NCBI GenBank assembly: GCA_964016885.1
Contig: OZ024748.1
Coordinates: 62,001-126,000 of the forward strand
Direction: 5' to 3'
Length of the DNA stretch: 64,000 bases
Source of the DNA: Eledone cirrhosa
Taxonomy: Eukaryota
This document shows positions 11,244 through 25,787 of the stretch, piece by piece (position 1 is the stretch's first letter; every line of letters begins with the position of its first letter). Both the position numbers and the translations under genes were made by a program. The notes beneath the pieces are model-generated. The model did not search any database, was not told where the DNA came from, and saw only the letters and a program-made list of their open reading frames with translations.

Positions 11244-14200
11244 CCGAGATAATACCTTAAAATAATGGTAAAAAAAGTGTTTAATTACGAAAATCCTTTG
11301 AAATAACTTCCTCGCTCTTACTGGTCATACCTGCAAAACACAAAACACTAGCGTTAGCGTGAACAGTGCAGTGCAGTGGAGTGCAGTGCAGTGCAGTGTA
11401 ATTTAGTATGGTGCAGTTTAGTGGCACAGTACACTGTAAAACATTTAGCCAATCTCTCAGACATTTACAAATCTTTCAAGATATATATATATATATGGGA
11501 GAGAGAGAAATTACCCTCAGTAGATCAGACAGAGGGACCAGCTATTGAGATTAACGAATATAGGGTCCAAGAGGCGATTAAGGAAATGAAAAATGGTGAG
11601 GCTGCTGGACCATCGGAGATAGTTGCTGAGATGCTGAAGGCCTCAGGGGACGTAGGCACTAAACTGGTTGCACACATCATCAATCAGGCTATATATGGCA
11701 GTGTCATACCCAAAGACTAGTGCAAAAGTAAAGGGGACGCTCTTGAGAGGAGAAATTATAGGGATATAAAACTGATGGATCAGGTTATGAAAGTGGCAGA
11801 AAGGATATTAGCACAACTAATTAGAGAAAGGGTCAAACTAGATGAGATGCAGTTTGGTTTTGTGCCTGGGAATAGTACAACAGATGCCCTCTTCTTGATG
11901 AGACAATTACAAGAGAGGTTCTTAGAGAAAAATAAGCCACTATACTTAGCCTTTGTTGACCTAGAGAAGGCCTTTGATAGGGTACGCCGATCTGTCATCT
12001 TATTATTTAACCTATAAATGGGGCCCCAACAGGTACTACTACACCAGGCCAGAGCAGACCTGGGAGTTATGACAACTAAGGGGGTAACTCCACGTTCCCC
12101 ACAGTTCCTTCTGAACTTGAGCCTTGCCACTGGATGTAGTTTAATGTCATACCCAGGACAAATATATACATACATATATATATATGCATACACACATATA
12201 TATATATATACATATATACAAATATATATATGCGTACGAAAGTGTGGTTACATGATGCCTATGCGAGATGTGCGACGCTGCATGGTAGTGAGACATGGAC
12301 AGCAACTGCAGAGGGTATGCGATGGCTGGAGAGAAATGAAGCAAGCACGCTCCGTTGGATGTGCAATGTCAATGTGCGGGAACGACCAAGCATAAACGAG
12401 TTGAGAGAGAAACTGTGTTTAAGAGGGATAAGTTGTGGTGTGCAAGAGAGGACTGAGATGGTATGGACATGTGATGCGCATGGAGGTTGAGCGCTGGGTA
12501 AAGAAGGGAGACGCAGTAGAGGAAGACCACGAAAAACATGGGTGGAGGTGGTGAGAGCCGACTTCAGATCGCTGAAACTCACCAAGGAGATGACGAAGGA
12601 CCGTGACAAGTGAAGAGATGCTTTGCTCAAGAGGACCTGTCCCACCCTTTCAAGCAGGGAAAAGCGGACGTAAAATGATGAACAGACGATGATAATGATG
12701 CTCTCTATATATCTATCTCTCTATCAATCTATCCAGATATCTGTGCATCAGTCTATCTATTTACCTACACTTCTCACTCCGTCTCAGGATCACCGAGACA
12801 TCACCAACAACCAACCCACGCTGTGGGAAACAGTCCTCCCCGGGGCACACCCTGGTACTTCACACCATCTGTCTGTCTCGCTGCCTAACTACCGAGAAAT
12901 CCGGCTTCTGTGCTTGCCTAATTCGTAGGTTATTAGGCAGTTGGCAGGTTTGCGGAAGTTGGTTTTGCAAATGGTTAAAACACTTGCATCACAAAATTCA
13001 AATAGCATCACTCCTTGTTTTATCTTTCTCGTCTTTACCTAGGCCTGCATAAGTTAGTGTTACGGTTAGTGTTACTGTTAGCGTTACGGCTAGTTTTAGG
13101 GTTAATTGAGAGCAAGAAACTGCTGCTAGGTAAAGACAAGAAATTCTGCATTTACAAGCAATTTTTACAAACAGCCACAATGACAGGACGGAGACATCGT
13201 TATGCTAGCAGGGGATTTCAATGGTCATGTTGGACAGCTCTACGATGGTTACACCGAGGTACGTGTTGGGCACACTTACGGCTTAAGAAATGAAGCAGTG
13301 AAACTTCTTGAATTTTGCGATGCAATTGCACTAACCATCTACAACACTAACTTACACAAATCTGCCAACCACCTAATAACCTACAAATCAGGCAAGCACA
13401 TAAGCCAGATTGACTTCTTGCTAGTGAGGCAGCGGGACAGGCAGATGGTGTCAAATACAAAGGCATACCCCGGGGAAGAATGTACCCCAAGCAAGAGACT
13501 GAATGAGACATACAGGAAGGTGTGGAAAAAAGAAAGGTCTGGAAGCTAAAAGAGCTCTCACTAAAATACAAATTTAGGAAAGCCCTTCAATATGTGTATG
13601 ATGAAAAAGAAGACGATTTAGAGTCGTACAACATAGATGATAACTGGAATTTCTTATGCGATACCTTACTGCAGGTTACTGATGAAACTTGTGGCTGGAT
13701 CAGAGTTCCAACCAGACAGAGAGTGACATGGTGGTGGGACAGCACGGTAGATCGGGCCATTGGAGACTAAAGACTAGCATGGAATGCTTGCAAAATTAGT
13801 GCGAGTAGAGAAGAATATACAGCTGCTAAGAGAGAAGCTAGACGTCAGGTGTACTTAGCATGCAAGGAGGCTGCTCGACGACGTGCGCTGTTCCGTACTG
13901 CGAGGCAGTGTGTCAGTGCAAATCGGGATTAAGTCTGTCCGCAATGATGCCGCTGTACTTTGTGTCACGAATGAGTGTTGATGAGTAGAAAAGAGGACAA
14001 AACTCTATTCCGTCAGGGAAATGGCCATGTTCGATATGCAGAAACGGAACTGGCATAAATTATATAAAACGTACACAAAAGATCGAGTGCGATAGCAGGC
14101 ACGTAGTGGGATAGCAGGCAAACTAACAGCATATTTTGATTATAATAAAACAAATAATAATAGTAATAATAATAATAATAATCGTCATTGTTCTTTTCTT

Positions 14201-14845
14201 CTGTGCCTTTCTTTGCCTTCTCTGTCATCTGAATAACAAAAATAAAAGAAAAAAGAATCTTAAACATATGTTGCCTTTACAAAGTGCTGTGATCAAAGTA
14301 GCTTTTAAGCAATTTCCTAACTAACAAACAACATCAACAAAATATATACAAATATCTTTGAATGTCAAGTCCACCAAGAGAAAATAGTCATAATGTACTT
14401 ACAGATACAATGCTAGGGACTCGCATCAATGAGTTTTAGTAGAAAATGACTGACTGACTGTTGAGGGACAGAGGTGTGTTTTCAAATATTTATCAATTCA
14501 CAACAAAGCCTCACAAAGCTACATCATAATGCAAACTCACAACACCCTTCTTATGCAACCTCACCAAGCAACCCCACAACACAACCTCACGTTCACAATT
14601 CACAACACTCAACAAGGCATTCGTTATCTAGGGTTTACAGTAAACATAGCGAGGTAAGACACACCCAGTACACTCTGTAAAGTGGTCATTAGGTTAAGAT
14701 TAAACTGAAATCATACCTCCATTGTCGTTGGCGTATATTTTCTCTAAAACTTAATTTCATTGCTTTCATTTCTCTTCTTTTTCTTCTATTCCATCTAAAT
14801 ATGAAAAAAAAATTATACAGGTCATTTCGTCTTATCAAGAGGTCC

Positions 14846-14880
<35 letters not shown>

Positions 14881-17800
14881 GAGATAATACCTTAAAATAA
14901 TGGTAAAAAAAGTGTTTAATTACGAAAATCCTTTGAAATAACTTCCTCGCTCTTACTGGTCATACCTGCAAAACACAAAACACTAGCGTTAGCGTGAACA
15001 GTGCAGTGCAGTGGAGTGCAGTGCAGTGCAGTGTAATTTAGTATGGTGCAGTTTAGTGGCACAGTACACTGTAAAACATTTAGCCAATCTCTCAGACATT
15101 TACAAATCTTTCAAGATATATATATATATATGGGAGAGAGAGAAATTACCCTCAGTAGATCAGACAGAGGGACCAGCTATTGAGATTAACGAATATAGGG
15201 TCCAAGAGGCGATTAAGGAAATGAAAAATGGTGAGGCTGCTGGACCATCGGAGATAGTTGCTGAGATGCTGAAGGCCTCAGGGGACGTAGGCACTAAACT
15301 GGTTGCACACATCATCAATCAGGCTATATATGGCAGTGTCATACCCAAAGACTAGTGCAAAAGTAAAGGGGACGCTCTTGAGAGGAGAAATTATAGGGAT
15401 ATAAAACTGATGGATCAGGTTATGAAAGTGGCAGAAAGGATATTAGCACAACTAATTAGAGAAAGGGTCAAACTAGATGAGATGCAGTTTGGTTTTGTGC
15501 CTGGGAATAGTACAACAGATGCCCTCTTCTTGATGAGACAATTACAAGAGAGGTTCTTAGAGAAAAATAAGCCACTATACTTAGCCTTTGTTGACCTAGA
15601 GAAGGCCTTTGATAGGGTACGCCGATCTGTCATCTTATTATTTAACCTATAAATGGGGCCCCAACAGGTACTACTACACCAGGCCAGAGCAGACCTGGGA
15701 GTTATGACAACTAAGGGGGTAACTCCACGTTCCCCACAGTTCCTTCTGAACTTGAGCCTTGCCACTGGATGTAGTTTAATGTCATACCCAGGACAAATAT
15801 ATACATACATATATATATATGCATACACACATATATATATATATACATATATACAAATATATATATGCGTACGAAAGTGTGGTTACATGATGCCTATGCG
15901 AGATGTGCGACGCTGCATGGTAGTGAGACATGGACAGCAACTGCAGAGGGTATGCGATGGCTGGAGAGAAATGAAGCAAGCACGCTCCGTTGGATGTGCA
16001 ATGTCAATGTGCGGGAACGACCAAGCATAAACGAGTTGAGAGAGAAACTGTGTTTAAGAGGGATAAGTCGTGGTGTGCAAGAGAGGACTGAGATGGTATG
16101 GACATGTGATGCGCATGGAGGTTGAGCGCTGGGTAAAGAAGGGAGACGCAGTAGAGGAAGACCACGAAAAACATGGGTGGAGGTGGTGAGAGCCGACTTC
16201 AGATCGCTGAAACTCACCAAGGAGATGACGAAGGACCGTGACAAGTGAAGAGATGCTTTGCTCAAGAGGACCTGTCCCACCCTTTCAAGCAGGGAAAAGC
16301 GGACGTAAAATGATGAACAGACGATGATAATGATGCTCTCTATATATCTATCTCTCTATCAATCTATCCAGATATCTGTGCATCAGTCTATCTATTTACC
16401 TACACTTCTCACTCCGTCTCAGGATCACCGAGACATCACCAACAACCAACCCACGCTGTGGGAAACAGTCCTCCCCGGGGCACACCCTGGTACTTCACAC
16501 CATCTGTCTGTCTCGCTGCCTAACTACCGAGAAATCCGGCTTCTGTGCTTGCCTAATTCGTAGGTTATTAGGCAGTTGGCAGGTTTGCGGAAGTTGGTTT
16601 TGCAAATGGTTAAAACACTTGCATCACAAAATTCAAATAGCATCACTCCTTGTTTTATCTTTCTCGTCTTTACCTAGGCCTGCATAAGTTAGTGTTACGG
16701 TTAGTGTTACTGTTAGCGTTACGGCTAGTTTTAGGGTTAATTGAGAGCAAGAAACTGCTGCTAGGTAAAGACAAGAAATTCTGCATTTACAAGCAATTTT
16801 TACAAACAGCCACAATGACAGGACGGAGACATCGTTATGCTAGCAGGGGATTTCAATGGTCATGTTGGACAGCTCTACGATGGTTACACCGAGGTACGTG
16901 TTGGGCACACTTACGGCTTAAGAAATGAAGCAGTGAAACTTCTTGAATTTTGCGATGCAATTGCACTAACCATCTACAACACTAACTTACACAAATCTGC
17001 CAACCACCTAATAACCTACAAATCAGGCAAGCACATAAGCCAGATTGACTTCTTGCTAGTGAGGCAGCGGGACAGGCAGATGGTGTCAAATACAAAGGCA
17101 TACCCCGGGGAAGAATGTACCCCAAGCAAGAGACTGAATGAGACATACAGGAAGGTGTGGAAAAAAGAAAGGTCTGGAAGCTAAAAGAGCTCTCACTAAA
17201 ATACAAATTTAGGAAAGCCCTTCAATATGTGTATGATGAAAAAGAAGACGATTTAGAGTCGTACAACATAGATGATAACTGGAATTTCTTATGCGATACC
17301 TTACTGCAGGTTACTGATGAAACTTGTGGCTGGATCAGAGTTCCAACCAGACAGAGAGTGACATGGTGGTGGGACAGCACGGTAGATCGGGCCATTGGAG
17401 ACTAAAGACTAGCATGGAATGCTTGCAAAATTAGTGCGAGTAGAGAAGAATATACAGCCGCTAAGAGAGAAGCTAGACGTCAGGTGTACTTAGCATGCAA
17501 GGAGGCTGCTCGACGACGTGCGCTGTTCCGTACTGCGAGGCAGTGTGTCAGTGCAAATCGGGATTAAGTCTGTCCGCAATGATGCCGCTGTACTTTGTGT
17601 CACGAATGAGTGTTGATGAGTAGAAAAGAGGACAAAACTCTATTCCGTCAGGGAAATGGCCATGTTCGATATGCAGAAACGGAACTGGCATAAATTATAT
17701 AAAACGTACACAAAAGATCGAGTGCGATAGCAGGCACGTAGTGGGATAGCAGGCAAACTAACAGCATATTTTGATTATAATAAAACAAATAATAATAGTA

Positions 17801-18482
17801 ATAATAATAATAATAATCGTCATTGTTCTTTTCTTCTGTGCCTTTCTTTGCCTTCTCTGTCATCTGAATAACAAAAATAAAAGAAAAAAAGAATCTTAAA
17901 CATATGTTGCCTTTACAAAGTGCTGTGATCAAAGTAGCTTTTAAGCAATTTCCTAACTAACAAACAACATCAACAAAATATATACAAATATCTTTGAATG
18001 TCAAGTCCACCAAGAGAAAATAGTCATAATGTACTTACAGATACAATGCTAGGGACTCGCATCAATGAGTTTTAGTAGAAAATGACTGACTGACTGTTGA
18101 GGGGACAGAGGTGTGTTTTCAAATATTTATCAATTCACAACAAAGCCTCACAAAGCTACATCATAATGCAAACTCACAACACCCTTCTTATGCAACCTCA
18201 CCAAGCAACCCCACAACACAACCTCACGTTCACAATTCACAACACTCAACAAGGCATTCGTTATCTAGGGTTTACAGTAAACATAGCGAGGTAAGACACA
18301 CCCAGTACACTCTGTAAAGTGGTCATTAGGTTAAGATTAAACTGAAATCATACCTCCATTGTCGTTGGCGTATATTTTCTGTAAAACTTAATTTCATTGC
18401 TTTCATTTCTCTTCTTTTTCTTCTATTCCATCTAAATATGAAAAAAAAATTATACAGGTCATTTCGTCTTATCAAGAGGTCC

Positions 18483-18521
<39 letters not shown>

Positions 18522-21500
18522 GAGATAATACCTTAAAATAATGGTAAAAAAAGTGTTTAATTACGAAAATCCTTTGAAATAACTTCCTCGCTCTTACTGG
18601 TCATACCTGCAAAACACAAAACACTAGCGTTAGCGTGAACAGTGCAGTGCAGTGGAGTGCAGTGCAGTGCAGTGTAATTTAGTATGGTGCAGTTTAGTGG
18701 CACAGTACACTGTAAAACATTTAGCCAATCTCTCAGACATTTACAAATCTTTCAAGATATATATATATATATGGGAGAGAGAGAAATTACCCTCAGTAGA
18801 TCAGACAGAGGGACCAGCTATTGAGATTAACGAATATAGGGTCCAAGAGGCGATTAAGGAAATGAAAAATGGTGAGGCTGCTGGACCATCGGAGATAGTT
18901 GCTGAGATGCTGAAGGCCTCAGGGGACGTAGGCACTAAACTGGTTGCACACATCATCAATCAGGCTATATATGGCAGTGTCATACCCAAAGACTAGTGCA
19001 AAAGTAAAGGGGACGCTCTTGAGAGGAGAAATTATAGGGATATAAAACTGATGGATCAGGTTATGAAAGTGGCAGAAAGGATATTAGCACAACTAATTAG
19101 AGAAAGGGTCAAACTAGATGAGATGCAGTTTGGTTTTGTGCCTGGGAATAGTACAACAGATGCCCTCTTCTTGATGAGACAATTACAAGAGAGGTTCTTA
19201 GAGAAAAATAAGCCACTATACTTAGCCTTTGTTGACCTAGAGAAGGCCTTTGATAGGGTACGCCGATCTGTCATCTTATTATTTAACCTATAAATGGGGC
19301 CCCAACAGGTACTACTACACCAGGCCAGAGCAGACCTGGGAGTTATGACAACTAAGGGGGTAACTCCACGTTCCCCACAGTTCCTTCTGAACTTGAGCCT
19401 TGCCACTGGATGTAGTTTAATGTCATACCCAGGACAAATATATACATACATATATATATATGCATACACACATATATATATATATACATATATACAAATA
19501 TATATATGCGTACGAAAGTGTGGTTACATGATGCCTATGCGAGATGTGCGACGCTGCATGGTAGTGAGACATGGACAGCAACTGCAGAGGGTATGCGATG
19601 GCTGGAGAGAAATGAAGCAAGCACGCTCCGTTGGATGTGCAATGTCAATGTGCGGGAACGACCAAGCATAAACGAGTTGAGAGAGAAACTGTGTTTAAGA
19701 GGGATAAGTCGTGGTGTGCAAGAGAGGACTGAGATGGTATGGACATGTGATGCGCATGGAGGTTGAGCGCTGGGTAAAGAAGGGAGACGCAGTAGAGGAA
19801 GACCACGAAAAACATGGGTGGAGGTGGTGAGAGCCGACTTCAGATCGCTGAAACTCACCAAGGAGATGACGAAGGACCGTGACAAGTGAAGAGATGCTTT
19901 GCTCAAGAGGACCTGTCCCACCCTTTCAAGCAGGGAAAAGCGGACGTAAAATGATGAACAGACGATGATAATGATGCTCTCTATATATCTATCTCTCTAT
20001 CAATCTATCCAGATATCTGTGCATCAGTCTATCTATTTACCTACACTTCTCACTCCGTCTCAGGATCACCGAGACATCACCAACAACCAACCCACGCTGT
20101 GGGAAACAGTCCTCCCCGGGGCACACCCTGGTACTTCACACCATCTGTCTGTCTCGCTGCCTAACTACCGAGAAATCCGGCTTCTGTGCTTGCCTAATTC
20201 GTAGGTTATTAGGCAGTTGGCAGGTTTGCGGAAGTTGGTTTTGCAAATGGTTAAAACACTTGCATCACAAAATTCAAATAGCATCACTCCTTGTTTTATC
20301 TTTCTCGTCTTTACCTAGGCCTGCATAAGTTAGTGTTACGGTTAGTGTTACTGTTAGCGTTACGGCTAGTTTTAGGGTTAATTGAGAGCAAGAAACTGCT
20401 GCTAGGTAAAGACAAGAAATTCTGCATTTACAAGCAATTTTTACAAACAGCCACAATGACAGGACGGAGACATCGTTATGCTAGCAGGGGATTTCAATGG
20501 TCATGTTGGACAGCTCTACGATGGTTACACCGAGGTACGTGTTGGGCACACTTACGGCTTAAGAAATGAAGCAGTGAAACTTCTTGAATTTTGCGATGCA
20601 ATTGCACTAACCATCTACAACACTAACTTACACAAATCTGCCAACCACCTAATAACCTACAAATCAGGCAAGCACATAAGCCAGATTGACTTCTTGCTAG
20701 TGAGGCAGCGGGACAGGCAGATGGTGTCAAATACAAAGGCATACCCCGGGGAAGAATGTACCCCAAGCAAGAGACTGAATGAGACATACAGGAAGGTGTG
20801 GAAAAAAGAAAGGTCTGGAAGCTAAAAGAGCTCTCACTAAAATACAAATTTAGGAAAGCCCTTCAATATGTGTATGATGAAAAAGAAGACGATTTAGAGT
20901 CGTACAACATAGATGATAACTGGAATTTCTTATGCGATACCTTACTGCAGGTTACTGATGAAACTTGTGGCTGGATCAGAGTTCCAACCAGACAGAGAGT
21001 GACATGGTGGTGGGACAGCACGGTAGATCGGGCCATTGGAGACTAAAGACTAGCATGGAATGCTTGCAAAATTAGTGCGAGTAGAGAAGAATATACAGCC
21101 GCTAAGAGAGAAGCTAGACGTCAGGTGTACTTAGCATGCAAGGAGGCTGCTCGACGACGTGCGCTGTTCCGTACTGCGAGGCAGTGTGTCAGTGCAAATC
21201 GGGATTAAGTCTGTCCGCAATGATGCCGCTGTACTTTGTGTCACGAATGAGTGTTGATGAGTAGAAAAGAGGACAAAACTCTATTCCGTCAGGGAAATGG
21301 CCATGTTCGATATGCAGAAACGGAACTGGCATAAATTATATAAAACGTACACAAAAGATCGAGTGCGATAGCAGGCACGTAGTGGGATAGCAGGCAAACT
21401 AACAGCATATTTTGATTATAATAAAACAAATAATAATAGTAATAATAATAATAATAATCGTCATTGTTCTTTTCTTCTGTGCCTTTCTTTGCCTTCTCTG

Positions 21501-22123
21501 TCATCTGAATAACAAAAATAAAAGAAAAAAAGAATCTTAAACATATGTTGCCTTTACAAAGTGCTGTGATCAAAGTAGCTTTTAAGCAATTTCCTAACTA
21601 ACAAACAACATCAACAAAATATATACAAATATCTTTGAATGTCAAGTCCACCAAGAGAAAATAGTCATAATGTACTTACAGATACAATGCTAGGGACTCG
21701 CATCAATGAGTTTTAGTAGAAAATGACTGACTGACTGTTGAGGGGACAGAGGTGTGTTTTCAAATATTTATCAATTCACAACAAAGCCTCACAAAGCTAC
21801 ATCATAATGCAAACTCACAACACCCTTCTTATGCAACCTCACCAAGCAACCCCACAACACAACCTCACGTTCACAATTCACAACACTCAACAAGGCATTC
21901 GTTATCTAGGGTTTACAGTAAACATAGCGAGGTAAGACACACCCAGTACACTCTGTAAAGTGGTCATTAGGTTAAGATTAAACTGAAATCATACCTCCAT
22001 TGTCGTTGGCGTATATTTTCTCTAAAACTTAATTTCATTGCTTTCATTTCTCTTCTTTTTCTTCTATTCCATCTAAATATGAAAAAAAAATTATACAGGT
22101 CATTTCGTCTTATCAAGAGGTCC

Positions 22124-22154
<31 letters not shown>

Positions 22155-25100
22155 CCGAGATAATACCTTAAAATAATGGTAAAAAAAGTGTTTAATTACG
22201 AAAATCCTTTGAAATAACTTCCTCGCTCTTACTGGTCATACCTGCAAAACACAAAACACTAGCGTTAGCGTGAACAGTGCAGTGCAGTGGAGTGCAGTGC
22301 AGTGCAGTGTAATTTAGTATGGTGCAGTTTAGTGGCACAGTACACTGTAAAACATTTAGCCAATCTCTCAGACATTTACAAATCTTTCAAGATATATATA
22401 TATATATGGGAGAGAGAGAAATTACCCTCAGTAGATCAGACAGAGGGACCAGCTATTGAGATTAACGAATATAGGGTCCAAGAGGCGATTAAGGAAATGA
22501 AAAATGGTGAGGCTGCTGGACCATCGGAGATAGTTGCTGAGATGCTGAAGGCCTCAGGGGACGTAGGCACTAAACTGGTTGCACACATCATCAATCAGGC
22601 TATATATGGCAGTGTCATACCCAAAGACTAGTGCAAAAGTAAAGGGGACGCTCTTGAGAGGAGAAATTATAGGGATATAAAACTGATGGATCAGGTTATG
22701 AAAGTGGCAGAAAGGATATTAGCACAACTAATTAGAGAAAGGGTCAAACTAGATGAGATGCAGTTTGGTTTTGTGCCTGGGAATAGTACAACAGATGCCC
22801 TCTTCTTGATGAGACAATTACAAGAGAGGTTCTTAGAGAAAAATAAGCCACTATACTTAGCCTTTGTTGACCTAGAGAAGGCCTTTGATAGGGTACGCCG
22901 ATCTGTCATCTTATTATTTAACCTATAAATGGGGCCCCAACAGGTACTACTACACCAGGCCAGAGCAGACCTGGGAGTTATGACAACTAAGGGGGTAACT
23001 CCACGTTCCCCACAGTTCCTTCTGAACTTGAGCCTTGCCACTGGATGTAGTTTAATGTCATACCCAGGACAAATATATACATACATATATATATATGCAT
23101 ACACACATATATATATATATACATATATACAAATATATATATGCGTACGAAAGTGTGGTTACATGATGCCTATGCGAGATGTGCGACGCTGCATGGTAGT
23201 GAGACATGGACAGCAACTGCAGAGGGTATGCGATGGCTGGAGAGAAATGAAGCAAGCACGCTCCGTTGGATGTGCAATGTCAATGTGCGGGAACGACCAA
23301 GCATAAACGAGTTGAGAGAGAAACTGTGTTTAAGAGGGATAAGTTGTGGTGTGCAAGAGAGGACTGAGATGGTATGGACATGTGATGCGCATGGAGGTTG
23401 AGCGCTGGGTAAAGAAGGGAGACGCAGTAGAGGAAGACCACGAAAAACATGGGTGGAGGTGGTGAGAGCCGACTTCAGATCGCTGAAACTCACCAAGGAG
23501 ATGACGAAGGACCGTGACAAGTGAAGAGATGCTTTGCTCAAGAGGACCTGTCCCACCCTTTCAAGCAGGGAAAAGCGGACGTAAAATGATGAACAGACGA
23601 TGATAATGATGCTCTCTATATATCTATCTCTCTATCAATCTATCCAGATATCTGTGCATCAGTCTATCTATTTACCTACACTTCTCACTCCGTCTCAGGA
23701 TCACCGAGACATCACCAACAACCAACCCACGCTGTGGGAAACAGTCCTCCCCGGGGCACACCCTGGTACTTCACACCATCTGTCTGTCTCGCTGCCTAAC
23801 TACCGAGAAATCCGGCTTCTGTGCTTGCCTAATTCGTAGGTTATTAGGCAGTTGGCAGGTTTGCGGAAGTTGGTTTTGCAAATGGTTAAAACACTTGCAT
23901 CACAAAATTCAAATAGCATCACTCCTTGTTTTATCTTTCTCGTCTTTACCTAGGCCTGCATAAGTTAGTGTTACGGTTAGTGTTACTGTTAGCGTTACGG
24001 CTAGTTTTAGGGTTAATTGAGAGCAAGAAACTGCTGCTAGGTAAAGACAAGAAATTCTGCATTTACAAGCAATTTTTACAAACAGCCACAATGACAGGAC
24101 GGAGACATCGTTATGCTAGCAGGGGATTTCAATGGTCATGTTGGACAGCTCTACGATGGTTACACCGAGGTACGTGTTGGGCACACTTACGGCTTAAGAA
24201 ATGAAGCAGTGAAACTTCTTGAATTTTGCGATGCAATTGCACTAACCATCTACAACACTAACTTACACAAATCTGCCAACCACCTAATAACCTACAAATC
24301 AGGCAAGCACATAAGCCAGATTGACTTCTTGCTAGTGAGGCAGCGGGACAGGCAGATGGTGTCAAATACAAAGGCATACCCCGGGGAAGAATGTACCCCA
24401 AGCAAGAGACTGAATGAGACATACAGGAAGGTGTGGAAAAAAGAAAGGTCTGGAAGCTAAAAGAGCTCTCACTAAAATACAAATTTAGGAAAGCCCTTCA
24501 ATATGTGTATGATGAAAAAGAAGACGATTTAGAGTCGTACAACATAGATGATAACTGGAATTTCTTATGCGATACCTTACTGCAGGTTACTGATGAAACT
24601 TGTGGCTGGATCAGAGTTCCAACCAGACAGAGAGTGACATGGTGGTGGGACAGCACAGTAGATCGGGCCATTGGAGACTAAAGACTAGCATGGAATGCTT
24701 GCAAAATTAGTGCGAGTAGAGAAGAATATACAGCTGCTAAGAGAGAAGCTAGACGTCAGGTGTACTTAGCATGCAAGGAGGCTGCTCGACGACGTGCGCT
24801 GTTCCGTACTGCGAGGCAGTGTGTCAGTGCAAATCGGGATTAAGTCTGTCCGCAATGATGCCGCTGTACTTTGTGTCACGAATGAGTGTTGATGAGTAGA
24901 AAAGAGGACAAAACTCTATTCCGTCAGGGAAATGGCCATGTTCGATATGCAGAAACGGAACTGGCATAAATTATATAAAACGTACACAAAAGATCGAGTG
25001 CGATAGCAGGCACGTAGTGGGATAGCAGGCAAACTAACAGCATATTTTGATTATAATAAAACAAATAATAATAGTAATAATAATAATAATAATCGTCATT

Positions 25101-25756
25101 GTTCTTTTCTTCTGTGCCTTTCTTTGCCTTCTCTGTCATCTGAATAACAAAAATAAAAGAAAAAAGAATCTTAAACATATGTTGCCTTTACAAAGTGCTG
25201 TGATCAAAGTAGCTTTTAAGCAATTTCCTAACTAACAAACAACATCAACAAAATATATACAAATATCTTTGAATGTCAAGTCCACCAAGAGAAAATAGTC
25301 ATAATGTACTTACAGATACAATGCTAGGGACTCGCATCAATGAGTTTTAGTAGAAAATGACTGACTGACTGTTGAGGGACAGAGGTGTGTTTTCAAATAT
25401 TTATCAATTCACAACAAAGCCTCACAAAGCTACATCATAATGCAAACTCACAACACCCTTCTTATGCAACCTCACCAAGCAACCCCACAACACAACCTCA
25501 CGTTCACAATTCACAACACTCAACAAGGCATTCGTTATCTAGGGTTTACAGTAAACATAGCGAGGTAAGACACACCCAGTACACTCTGTAAAGTGGTCAT
25601 TAGGTTAAGATTAAACTGAAATCATACCTCCATTGTCGTTGGCGTATATTTTCTCTAAAACTTAATTTCATTGCTTTCATTTCTCTTCTTTTTCTTCTAT
25701 TCCATCTAAATATGAAAAAAAAATTATACAGGTCATTTCGTCTTATCAAGAGCTCC

Positions 25757-25787
<31 letters not shown>
